Assembly (NCBI GenBank): GCA_002788855.1
Contig: PFSB01000017.1
Span: 35,739-99,738, forward strand
DNA length: 64,000 nucleotides
Origin: Candidatus Roizmanbacteria bacterium CG_4_9_14_0_2_um_filter_38_17
Lineage (GTDB): Bacteria; Patescibacteriota; Microgenomatia; GCA-00278855
Direction of reading: 5' to 3'
Shown: one piece after another, positions 37,800 to 47,885 of the stretch
Position numbering within the stretch: the first letter of the stretch is position 1
Layout of the letters: every line of letters starts with the position of its first letter
Made by a program: the position numbers and the translations under genes
Notes under the pieces: generated by a model
Database searches by the model: none
What the model was told of the DNA's origin: nothing
What the model saw: the letters and a program-made list of their open reading frames with translations, nothing else

Positions 37800-38732
37800 T
37801 CAGTTGTGTTTTTGTTTCTTTTTTTCATCATCTCTAAAAGGAAGCCTTATTTGTTTTGCTCCCGACCTATGTTCAAGAACTTTAATTATTTCATAATCCG
37901 ATTTTATTCCCGTATCTGAAATCCATTGTTTTTCACGTAGCATAACTTTAAATAAATCATCTTTAAAAAACCCGTCTTTGTTTTGCTGAACCTTATTAAC
38001 AAAATCCTCATCGCTAATCGTTGCATAAAATTCTACATTCCCATCACTGAATTTCCATTTATGTCCTTCTATAAACGAGATAGTAGTAACTGTTAAAAAC
38101 ACTTCTCGTTCTTGGTCTTGCAATAGCTCGTCTGGTATTTCAGATAGCTTGAAATAATCTTTTTCCTCTTTTTTAATTACTATTTCTTGGTTGTTTTTTT
38201 TAATTGCAAAACTATCTATTCCCTCTTGTGATAAGGGCTCTGTAATCACTTTTTGTATAGATGTTCTAATTTTTACATTTGAAAATAATGCAATTACTCT
38301 TGGATTAGTTTCATATTTTTCTTTATCCTCAACTTCAATTATTGTCTTTGTTTTGTTTATATTTTTTATATTTTTTATATTTCGGTTTCTAAGCCAAAGA
38401 AGAAAAGCGATTAATCCGCCACTAGGTACTCCAATAAATCCAAGAATTTGCAGAAGATTGGATGCAGCATTTGCTTGGTCAGAGTTAAAAAGCGAAGTTA
38501 AACCATCTATTCCACCCTGAACTACGGATAAATCAAAACCAAAAGAACCACTTTTAAAGGTACCTTTTACATTAACTTGAACTTTTGTTTTGTCTCCGTA
38601 GGTTATCTTGTTTGTCTCATCCAACACGTCACTTATTGCAAGTAAAGCAGGGGCAAGGTCACGCACATCCATCTCATTGTGCTGTAGGGCATCGCCATCG
38701 TAGACAACTTGAAAATATTCTTTTTGTGTCAT
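37800..38732 (-). CDS. Hypothetical protein with central TM segment
   Basis: It has an ORF only and contains an IKNIKNINK tract encoded by a short tandem repeat at 38355-38395. Confidence 0.3.
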   Translation of the reverse strand: MTQKEYFQVVYDGDALQHNEMDVRDLAPALLAISDVLDETNKITYGDKTKVQVNVKGTFKSGSFGFDLSVVQGGIDGLTSLFNSDQANAASNLLQILGFIGVPSGGLIAFLLWLRNRNIKNIKNINKTKTIIEVEDKEKYETNPRVIALFSNVKIRTSIQKVITEPLSQEGIDSFAIKKNNQEIVIKKEEKDYFKLSEIPDELLQDQEREVFLTVTTISFIEGHKWKFSDGNVEFYATISDEDFVNKVQQNKDGFFKDDLFKVMLREKQWISDTGIKSDYEIIKVLEHRSGAKQIRLPFRDDEKKKQKHN

Positions 38733-38837
38733 ATTTTTACTTCATTTCATTTTAGAATCTATCTGCTTTCAAGCTTAACAACAAAAAAATCAAATTACAA
38801 GAATTTAAATGAGGAAAAAGTTATTGAGTAGACTGTG

Positions 38838-39449
38838 TCAAACGCTGGACGTTTGACACGCTTGATACAATTCTCCTACTTTTTCCCAGTTAATAATATT
38901 AAAGAAGGCGGAGATATAGTCTGGTCGTTTATTTTGATATTTTAGATAATAAGCGTGTTCCCAGACGTCTAGCCCTAAGATTGGCGTGTCACCTTGCATT
39001 AGAGGGCTATCTTGATTAGCCGTGCTGTAAACGGCTGTAGATTTGTCCTCTTTTATTACTAACCAAGCCCAACCAGATCCAAAGCGAGTTGCGGCAGCGT
39101 TAGTAAATTTTTCTTTAAATTTGGCATAATCGCCAATTGCTTTTGCTAGTTCTCCAGTTGGCTCATTTGTGGTGTTTGGAGACATAATCTGCCAAAAAAG
39201 CATGTGGTTTGCATGTCCTCCTCCGCTGTTAATAACTGCTTGGCGAATATCTTCCGGTACGGAGTTTATGTCTTTTAATAAGTCCTCGATGGATTTAGAA
39301 GATAGCTCAGTGTGTCCTTCAAGCGCTGTGTTAAGTTTATCTACGTATCCAGCGTGATGTTTTTCGTGGTGAATATGCATTGTAGCCTCATCAATGTATG
39401 GCTCAAGCGCATTATATTCGTATGGAAGACTTGGTAGTTGAAAACTCAT
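38838..39449 (-). CDS. sodA: Fe/Mn superoxide dismutase
   Basis: It has [10 protein letters not shown] and DVWEHAYY metal-ligand motifs. Confidence 0.9.
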   Translation of the reverse strand: MSFQLPSLPYEYNALEPYIDEATMHIHHEKHHAGYVDKLNTALEGHTELSSKSIEDLLKDINSVPEDIRQAVINSGGGHANHMLFWQIMSPNTTNEPTGELAKAIGDYAKFKEKFTNAAATRFGSGWAWLVIKEDKSTAVYSTANQDSPLMQGDTPILGLDVWEHAYYLKYQNKRPDYISAFFNIINWEKVGELYQACQTSSV

Positions 39450-39517
39450 GTTCTACACTTATACCACAAAAGCTTATGCCAGTGGGGAAACCATGAAACA
39501 TGTGATAATATTGAGTT

Positions 39518-40450
39518 ATGCTCGTACCATATTCAACACAATTTACAAATTATAACCGCGCCTATCGGTGGACAGGTTTACAAATTACAAATAAGATCCA
39601 AAGAGCTGTTATTCAAACCATAGCTTACTCTGCAGTTTTTAATTATCCACTTACAGCCCAGGAGATTAAACAGTATTTAATTTCTGAACTAGAAATTGGT
39701 GACTCACTTAATCAATTATTAAATTCAAATTCTATCGAACATAAGAATGGTTATTATTTTTTGCCGGGGTTTGAGAGTAGCGTAGCCCAGCGGGAAAAGA
39801 GAAAACCAATTGCAGCTAATAAGAGAGTGATGCTGAATCGTTTCATAGCATTAGCAATGTGTATTCCCACAATAAAACTTATTGGCATCTCTGGCGCGTT
39901 GGCCATGGAAAATGCACACAAAGAAGACGATATTGATCTGTTTATTGTTACAACTTCAGGCACCACGTGGTTAACAAGGATGCTTTGTATTTTACTGGCG
40001 GAAGGATTAGGTCAAAGAAGAAGACCAAAAGCTACAGACGTACAAAACAAGCTATGTTTAAACATGTTTATAGATGAAGCACACTTAGCGATACCAAAAG
40101 CAGAAAGAGATTTGTTTTCGGCTCACGAGGTAGTTCAGTTAAAACCAGTTTATAACAAAGAACACACTTATGAAAAGTTTTTGCTGGTAAATAGTTGGGT
40201 AAGCGCGTATCTTCCTAATGCTAGCAATTCAACTAAGTTCGGACCTTCTGCTTTGCATAGGGTCCGACCAAGTCTCGCTCTTGTAATATTTGCAGAACAA
40301 GTTGCTCGTTTTTTTCAACGAATTTATATGAAAGGGCGGGTTACTCACGAGGTTCTTGAAGATGGATACTTGCGTTTTCACCCATCAGATGCCAGACGAT
40401 TTGTGTTTGGTAGGTTCGAGCAAATCCTTCAAAAGGCAATTTTGCTATAG
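39518..40450 (+). CDS. Hypothetical protein with Pol-beta-type nucleotidyltransferase-like motif
   Basis: It has GISGALAMENAHKEDDIDLFIV (GS...DxD). The start is uncertain. A copy of the MKHM repeat lies just upstream but opens only a 20-codon ORF. Confidence 0.3.
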   Translation: MLVPYSTQFTNYNRAYRWTGLQITNKIQRAVIQTIAYSAVFNYPLTAQEIKQYLISELEIGDSLNQLLNSNSIEHKNGYYFLPGFESSVAQREKRKPIAANKRVMLNRFIALAMCIPTIKLIGISGALAMENAHKEDDIDLFIVTTSGTTWLTRMLCILLAEGLGQRRRPKATDVQNKLCLNMFIDEAHLAIPKAERDLFSAHEVVQLKPVYNKEHTYEKFLLVNSWVSAYLPNASNSTKFGPSALHRVRPSLALVIFAEQVARFFQRIYMKGRVTHEVLEDGYLRFHPSDARRFVFGRFEQILQKAILL

Positions 40451-40522
40451 GCTATTGACAAATAGTCACTCTCTATTTAGAATAAGCAATTACTAGGCAA
40501 GAGTGCTAAAAATGGGTAAACC

Positions 40523-40831
40523 ATGAAACATATGACAAACAACACAAAAATACAGCCTCTTTTAGACAACGTCTTAATTGAGCCAGCAGAAGAAGAAACA
40601 AAATCTCCTGGTGGAATATACTTACCCGAAAATGCCAAAGAAAAACCAACTATTGGTGAGGTTTTAGCGGTCGGACCTGGAAAATTAGACGAGAACGGCA
40701 AAATTATTAAACTGTCTGTAAAAGTAGGAGACAAGGTGTATTACAAGAAATGGGGAGGAAACGAAATTAAGATTGCAGGTGTTGAGCTATTACTAGTTGA
40801 AGAGAAGGATGTTCTCGCTATTATAAAATAA
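40523..40831 (+). CDS. groES: Co-chaperonin GroES
   Basis: The translation has IQPLLDNVLIEP...GGIYLPENAKEKP...GEVLAVGPG. It is N-terminally extended by MKHMTNN from the repeat motif. Confidence 0.9.
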   Translation: MKHMTNNTKIQPLLDNVLIEPAEEETKSPGGIYLPENAKEKPTIGEVLAVGPGKLDENGKIIKLSVKVGDKVYYKKWGGNEIKIAGVELLLVEEKDVLAIIK

Positions 40832-42490
<1,659 letters not shown>

Positions 42491-42524
42491 TCTTTCACTA
42501 CTCCCCCATTGTATAATTACCCTC

Positions 42525-43106
42525 ATGAGACTAGTTTTGCAAAGAGTTAAACGCGCTTCTGTTAAGGTTCAAAATAAAGCTACTATTAAAATCGATCGTG
42601 GCTATCTAATCTATGTTGCTGTTGGCCAAGAAGACACTGTGAATGACGTAACTATCTTAGTCGATAAACTTGGTAAACTGCGATTCTTTCCACAGAAAGA
42701 TAAGGTTCGGGTAAACCATGAAACACATGACTTTCAAAAATCTATAATAGATATTAAAGGGAGTATCCTAGTAATACCTAACTACACTTTGTACGGTGAT
42801 CTCAATGACGGTAATCGTCCATACTTTGGACAGGCTGCTGAGCAAGAGATGGCGGCAAAATTGTATAAGCAGCTCTTAAAACAGCTGAAGAAAACGTGTG
42901 GTACGACTGTAACTGTTAAAACAGGTATGTTTGGAGAGTTTATGGAAGTGTCCGCCACCAATGATGGGCCGGCAACCTTAGTTCTTGAGCCAGACTTAAT
43001 TGGCCAAATGGAAAGGGAATTAGAAATAGAAGAAACGGATGATAATTATGCTGAAAATTTTGATGACATGCTCGACAAACTTGGCGTAGACCTAGACAAC
43101 ATATAA
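42525..43106 (+). CDS. dtd: D-aminoacyl-tRNA deacylase with acidic C-terminal extension
   Basis: It has MRLVLQRVKRASV and SATNDGPATLVL motifs. It contains an in-frame copy of the repeat motif at 42709-42731. Confidence 0.8.
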   Translation: MRLVLQRVKRASVKVQNKATIKIDRGYLIYVAVGQEDTVNDVTILVDKLGKLRFFPQKDKVRVNHETHDFQKSIIDIKGSILVIPNYTLYGDLNDGNRPYFGQAAEQEMAAKLYKQLLKQLKKTCGTTVTVKTGMFGEFMEVSATNDGPATLVLEPDLIGQMERELEIEETDDNYAENFDDMLDKLGVDLDNI

Positions 43107-43126
43107 AGGCTTCGCCTTTATATGTT
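43098..43126. terminator. 13-bp-stem hairpin overlapping the dtd stop codon (AACATATAAAGGC-ttc-GCCTTTATATGTT)
   Basis: It is a perfect inverted repeat seen directly in the sequence. There is no U-tract, so intrinsic-terminator function is inferred only from its position between dtd and the ALDH gene. Confidence 0.4.
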
Positions 43127-43170
43127 GAGAGGCGCTTGACTCCCCTTCTTTTACCCACTATGATGTTAAT

Positions 43171-44649
43171 ATGCAAAATTTCTTCAAGGAAATCTCTGAT
43201 CATAAAGATATTCCTACCTACAAGATGTTTATTGAAGGTAAGTGGCAGTTTTCTTCTAGTGATCGAACAAATGATATTGTTTCTCCGATTGATGGCAAGA
43301 TTGTGGGCAGAGTTGATGTTGCAACTTCTGATGAAATTAATAGAGCTGTTAAATCAGCAAAGAAAGCACAAGAAAATTGGGGTAATACAAGCTTAAACAC
43401 CAGAATTACATCAATGATGCTAGTAGCGGATTACTTGCGAGAGTATTCTGGGGAGCTTGGAAAAATATTAGCAGTAGAGATTGGAAAACCAGCTAATGAA
43501 GCAATTAAAGAATATGTACGCTCGGCGGAGATGATTGATGCGTTTATTGGTGAGGTCAGAAGTTTGCGGGGCGAAGAGATTCCTTCAGACCAGTTTCCTG
43601 GGGTAGAGCTGGGGAAAACAGCAATCGTAAAAAGGGTGCCAAGAGGAGTAATATTAGCGATTGCTCCATTTAACTATCCTATTAATCTAGCGGTGTCCAA
43701 ATTAGCACCAGCTCTTTTAACAGGTAATACTGTTGTATTTAAGCCTCCAACTTATGGATCAATTTCAGGAACATATTTGACCAAAATCTTTGTTGAAAGC
43801 GGTTTACCAGAGGGAGTTATTCAGCTTATAACCGGAGCAGGTTCCCAAATTGGAACTAAAACTACTGGTCACCCAGATATTGCCATGGTAGCTTTTACGG
43901 GTTCTTCTGAAGCTGGTGAAACTATCTGTAATAATTCTGGCATGGCAGATTGTTTATTTGAATGCGGAGGTAACAATCCGTTAATAGTACTATCCGATGC
44001 CAATTTAGATCTTACAACCGAGCATATTTCAAAAGGGGCATTTTCATATTCCGGGCAAAGATGTACTGGGGTAAAGAAAATCTATGGACTGCGTGCTACT
44101 TTGGATAAAGTTATTCCAAGGGTCGTGGAGTATACCAAGGCAAATATGAAGCTGGGAGATCCAATGAATAAGGGGATCAATATGGGTCCAGTTATAACTG
44201 AGAAGGCAGCTCATACTATCATGCGTCGTATTAATGACGCAGTAAAACAAGGAGCAGAGCTTGTATATGGAGGAAATGCTGATGGGCCCTATATAGAACC
44301 AACTATTCTTCGTAATGTAACGGAAAAAATGGAAGTAGCACATATGGAGACTTTTGGGCCAGTTATTTCGTTTATTGAAGTTGATAATATTGATGATGCA
44401 ATTGAGATGATAAATGACTCAAAATATGGTCTCCAGGCCTCTATCTTTACCGAAGATGAAGGAACTGGTTTGTCCTTAGCAGATAGGATTAATACGGGAA
44501 CAGTCCAGATAAACTCGAATCCCCAGCGAGGGCCAGATCACTTTCCATTTATGGGGGTAAAATCCTCAGGTATTGGAGTGCAGGGAATAAGATATTCTCT
44601 AGAGGCTATGACAAGGTTAAAGTCAGTGGTATTAAACAGCCCCCACTAA
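43171..44649 (+). CDS. Aldehyde dehydrogenase family (GapN-like NAD(P)-dependent, non-phosphorylating)
   Basis: The catalytic Glu motif is FECGGNNP and the catalytic Cys motif is GQRCTG. It has a Rossmann GxGxxG. Confidence 0.8.
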   Translation: MQNFFKEISDHKDIPTYKMFIEGKWQFSSSDRTNDIVSPIDGKIVGRVDVATSDEINRAVKSAKKAQENWGNTSLNTRITSMMLVADYLREYSGELGKILAVEIGKPANEAIKEYVRSAEMIDAFIGEVRSLRGEEIPSDQFPGVELGKTAIVKRVPRGVILAIAPFNYPINLAVSKLAPALLTGNTVVFKPPTYGSISGTYLTKIFVESGLPEGVIQLITGAGSQIGTKTTGHPDIAMVAFTGSSEAGETICNNSGMADCLFECGGNNPLIVLSDANLDLTTEHISKGAFSYSGQRCTGVKKIYGLRATLDKVIPRVVEYTKANMKLGDPMNKGINMGPVITEKAAHTIMRRINDAVKQGAELVYGGNADGPYIEPTILRNVTEKMEVAHMETFGPVISFIEVDNIDDAIEMINDSKYGLQASIFTEDEGTGLSLADRINTGTVQINSNPQRGPDHFPFMGVKSSGIGVQGIRYSLEAMTRLKSVVLNSPH

Positions 44650-44879
44650 ATATGTCTAGTTTTATGCATTCCAAAATTATTCAAAAAACGGTTGATACTG
44701 TTACGAGCAGGCTTGGTAATCTTCTAGCTTCTATTATAACTCACACACCAAGTCACTACTCCGAAATTGATAAATTGGTAGGTGCAGTTAGAGTTAAGAG
44801 TAAGAAAAAAGTTACTTTATCTACTGATATTGATGATATTTACTATCGATGAAATAGTGTTAATTTTAAGGAGTTAAAC

Positions 44880-45221
44880 CTACTCACAAACCCTTTTTAA
44901 TCCCAAGCGAAGCAAAGCAAGGTCGCTCGTCGTAGCTTTAGCTCCGACGAAGCGGGCCAAACCCCCCTTCCTCCCGCCCGCGGAAGCGACCCTTTCGGAT
45001 TGGACGATTTTCCTTCGACTTCGCTCAGGCCTTCGGCTCTGAGGCTCAGGCTCGAAGAGATGGTGAGCCACTCGGCCCTGAGCTCGTGGCCGAAGGACCT
45101 GTCGAACCACAAGTTTTTCTTTGGCGGCAAATTCTTTTAATTCGGAAATTTGAGATTCAATACTTAAAATTTGTCGTTCTTCGCTGTCCGTTGATTTTCT
45201 GGTGTAGATAAAGTATTTCAC
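44880..45221 (-). pseudogene. Truncated serine-recombinase (resolvase) N-terminus fused to a GC-rich foreign-looking fragment
   Basis: The first roughly 39 codons are resolvase-like (YTRKSTDSEERQ...IESQ). The reading frame then runs into 44890-45110, a roughly 220-bp block of about 60% GC encoding low-complexity sequence. Confidence 0.4.
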
Positions 45222-45376
45222 AGTTTCCCCTTAAAAATTAAAAATGAAAATTCGGGAAGCCCGCTTTTGACCAGCCCCGCGAGATACGGAGCAAAGATAA
45301 AAAATTCCAATTTGCGCTTAAAATCGGCTGGCGAGCCCTCGAGAGAGGCGATGAGCCAACAAAGACATTTCCCAAC

Positions 45377-45463
45377 TGGCGGAGAGGGAGGGATTCGAAC
45401 CCCCGTATGCATAGCATGCATGGTTTTCAAGACCAGCCCGTTAAGCCGCTCCGGCACCTCTCC
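45377..45463 (-). tRNA. tRNA-Ser (UGA), long variable arm, CCA encoded
   Basis: Reverse-complement fold: acceptor ggagagg/cctctcc, anticodon loop cuUGAaa, variable arm gcatgctatgcatac, and T-loop ttcgaat. Confidence 0.8.
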
Positions 45464-45467
45464 CTAG

Positions 45468-45555
45468 CGGAGGAGATGGGATTCGAACCCATGTGAGCTG
45501 TAAAGCTCAGGAGTTTAGCAAACTCCCCGAATTGACCAGACTATCGGACTCCTCC
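45468..45555 (-). tRNA. tRNA-Ser (GCU), long variable arm
   Basis: Reverse-complement fold: acceptor ggaggag/ctcctcc, anticodon loop uuGCUaa, variable arm tgagctttacagctcac, and T-loop ttcgaat. Confidence 0.8.
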
Positions 45556-45583
45556 AGTTAGCTTGTAGTATTATAGCAAGAAT

Positions 45584-46240
45584 ATGTTTAAGTTCGATAA
45601 TTTAGGTAAATACCCAGAAATCGCTCATTTTGTTACAAATCGAGAGTTTGGGGAAGTTACGCTTGAGGGCGGACAAGAAAAGCTCGCAAAAGAGCAAAAT
45701 ATTGAGGCTAAGCAAGTAGTTGTTATTCAACAAGTACATGGAAACGGAGTTATTGAGGCTAAAATAGGGAATTTGCAAGAGGGAGATGCCTTAGTAACTA
45801 ATAAAACTGGTCTATGCCTAGCTGTGAGAGTAGCAGACTGTGTTCCTATGCTACTTTTTGACCCTACAAAGAAGATTGTTGGAGCTATCCATGCCGGATG
45901 GAGAGGTAGTGCAAAACAGATTGCCTTTAATACACTTAAATATATGCAGAATAGGCACATGGTAAATCCGGGTGATGTTATAGTTGGGATTGGACCGTCC
46001 ATTGGCCCTTGTTGTTTTGAAGTAAAAGAAGATGTAGCCAGTCAATTCGAGGATAAATATAAGACAGCTGGAACTATCGATCTCTGGAAGGCCAATTATG
46101 ATCAGTTATTAATGGGTGGTGTTAAGAAGAAAAATATTGAAGTGGCTAATATCTGCACAAAGTGCAATCTAGATAAATATTTCTCTTATAGAGCAACGGG
46201 GGATGCGTCCAGCTTTGCCTGTGGGATTATGTTGCTATAA
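45584..46240 (+). CDS. YfiH/PgeF-family (DUF152) purine-nucleoside-phosphorylase / multicopper-polyphenol-oxidase-like protein
   Basis: It has AIHAGWRGS and GPSIGPCCFEV motifs. Confidence 0.75.
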   Translation: MFKFDNLGKYPEIAHFVTNREFGEVTLEGGQEKLAKEQNIEAKQVVVIQQVHGNGVIEAKIGNLQEGDALVTNKTGLCLAVRVADCVPMLLFDPTKKIVGAIHAGWRGSAKQIAFNTLKYMQNRHMVNPGDVIVGIGPSIGPCCFEVKEDVASQFEDKYKTAGTIDLWKANYDQLLMGGVKKKNIEVANICTKCNLDKYFSYRATGDASSFACGIMLL

Positions 46241-46247
46241 TCCTCTT

Positions 46248-46682
46248 ATGGAGTATAAGAATAGGAAAGCGAGACAATATAGCATTACCGATGAGTATGT
46301 TGCAGGTATTGTGCTGACAGGAGCGGAGGCTAAGTCAATAAAGTCGGGTAGAATGAAGCTGGATGGAAGTTACGCCAAAATTAGAAATAATGAGGTGTTT
46401 TTAGTAGGAGCTATAATCCCTCAGTATAAGTATTCAAGTCTAAAGGATTACGACCAGCAACGAACAAGAAAGTTGTTGCTTAAAAAGTCTGAAATAATCT
46501 CTCTTCAGTCCAAGATTCAGAGCGGGAGATTGACCCTAATCCCCCTCTCATGCTATACTTCTCGCGGTTTGGTAAAGATCAAGCTGGGACTGGCTCGGGG
46601 CAAAAAAATGCATGAGAAACGAGACGAGCTAAAAAAGCGAGATTCCAAACGAGAAATTGAAAGAGAATTGAAGAATTACTAA
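46248..46682 (+). CDS. smpB: SsrA-binding protein SmpB
   Basis: It has NRKARQ...AGIVLTGAEAKSIKSG...LVGAIIPQY. The true start MEYKNRKAR is internal to the tracked ORF. Confidence 0.85.
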   Translation: MEYKNRKARQYSITDEYVAGIVLTGAEAKSIKSGRMKLDGSYAKIRNNEVFLVGAIIPQYKYSSLKDYDQQRTRKLLLKKSEIISLQSKIQSGRLTLIPLSCYTSRGLVKIKLGLARGKKMHEKRDELKKRDSKREIERELKNY

Positions 46683-46683
46683 C

Positions 46684-47115
46684 GGGGATGTGTTGATTTG
46701 ACAGGATGAGTACTTTAACAACTTGCAAGCCGAGCTGATTAACTCGCTAAACTTATCAAAAAATCTAATTGCAGAGGATAAAACCCTTGCAGCTTTGAAG
46801 TCCCGTTTGCGCGGGATGGAAGAGGCCTTAATGGCAAAGCGCTTCGCAGCTCGCGCTGCTTTTGCTTACGCTTAAAGGCTGTTTATAGGTCTTTCACTCG
46901 ATGAAGATTTATAGGCACAAACAAAGTCGAGGCGTCAGATAAAGAATCTAGCCTGATCTTTATCGGAGAAATAAGGCAATCCTTAATGATAAGGATAGGT
47001 AAACTATCTTCGATTTGTTAGTTTAATGTCATTAAGTATCAAACTAACTAAGCTTGTGAATGAAGTTGTTTTGCTCGCTTTCTGGACGAGGGGTCACCCC
47101 CCTCCATCTCCACCA
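46684..47115 (+). ncRNA. ssrA: tmRNA (ssrA), about 432 nt, standard (non-permuted) form
   Basis: The 5' end GGGGAUGUGUUGAUUUGACAGG matches the tmRNA 5' consensus. The 3' end has T-arm gaggg-gtcaccc-ccctc, acceptor catctcc, and ACCA. The acceptor pairing 5' ggggatg with 3' catctcc gives a G3:U wobble, the alanine identity pair. An in-frame Ala-rich tag ORF ends ...AARAAFAYA-stop at 46873-46875. The position directly after smpB is canonical. Confidence 0.6.
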
Positions 47116-47121
47116 CGTAAA

Positions 47122-47859
47122 ATGGCTAATCCTCTACTTGTATTTTTAAAATTGCTTTCTCCCAAGCGGTGCGTGAGTTGTAGAAAATTTGGAGCATATT
47201 TTTGTGTTAACTGCTTAAAAAGCATTAAGCCAGTTTTTCATCAAAAATGTATTGCGTGCCAAAGAGTTTCTCATGGTGGAGCTACTCATAGGGACTGCAA
47301 TAAAAGATATGGACTTGATGGGTTGTTCTGCTTGTTTAAATACCAGACAACTATAAGAGCTGGAATAACTAAGCTTAAGTATCAAAAATTAACAGATATT
47401 GAAGACGAGCTTGTAGATTTAATAGGAACTAATTTACTGCTACAAGGCGAGGCTGAGTCGCTAGATGATCTAGAGGAATTTATCTTTTCTAAGCGTCCTA
47501 TTGTAGTGCCCGTACCGCTGCATTGGTGGAAACTGGCACAAAGAGGGTTTAATCAGGCCGAGATTATAAGCGAAGTAGTCGCTAGCGAATACGATCTCCC
47601 AGTTATGCCAAGAGTCCTAAGACGCAAATTTAGATCATCGAGTCAGACAAAGTTAACAAGCAAACAAAGGGTAATAAATGCTAAAAATATATATTCTGTA
47701 AATACAGATTATCTGGAGCAAGGAAAAATTGACCCAGCGCTTTGTAATATTCTATTAGTAGATGATGTAACTACTACTGGCTCTACTTTGAAAGAAGCTG
47801 CAATTGCTTTAAAACGCGTGGGTGTAAAGCGTGTCTGGGGAATAGCTCTCGCCTCATAA
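47122..47859 (+). CDS. comF: ComF-family phosphoribosyltransferase-domain protein
   Basis: It has an N-terminal Cys4 zinc finger (CVSC...CVNC / CIAC) and the C-terminal PRTase motif LLVDDVTTTGST. The start is at the Met after the tmRNA 3' end. Confidence 0.7.
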   Translation: MANPLLVFLKLLSPKRCVSCRKFGAYFCVNCLKSIKPVFHQKCIACQRVSHGGATHRDCNKRYGLDGLFCLFKYQTTIRAGITKLKYQKLTDIEDELVDLIGTNLLLQGEAESLDDLEEFIFSKRPIVVPVPLHWWKLAQRGFNQAEIISEVVASEYDLPVMPRVLRRKFRSSSQTKLTSKQRVINAKNIYSVNTDYLEQGKIDPALCNILLVDDVTTTGSTLKEAAIALKRVGVKRVWGIALAS

Positions 47860-47885
47860 CTTCGAGAACCCGCTTCTCGAAGTTG

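Noticed and set aside
39438-39623. 61-aa ORF spanning the sodA start region
   Set aside because: It overlaps the sodA 5' end on the opposite strand and the repeat motif, and has no support.
42718-42750. Internal ATG of the repeat copy inside dtd as a nested gene start
   Set aside because: It opens an 8-codon frame only; the motif is read in-frame as part of Dtd.
44897-45130. 77-aa ORF inside the GC-rich block as a real gene
   Set aside because: It has low-complexity translation, sits in a compositionally foreign fragment, and overlaps the resolvase-fragment frame. I treat it as part of the pseudogene or scar.
45220-45376. RNase P RNA, SRP RNA or 6S RNA in the GC-rich or tRNA-flanking intergenic DNA
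   Set aside because: I could not find the conserved GGAAAGTCCGG / ACAGAAACCGGCTTA (RNase P) or GGAAG...GCAGCC (SRP domain IV) motifs on either strand.
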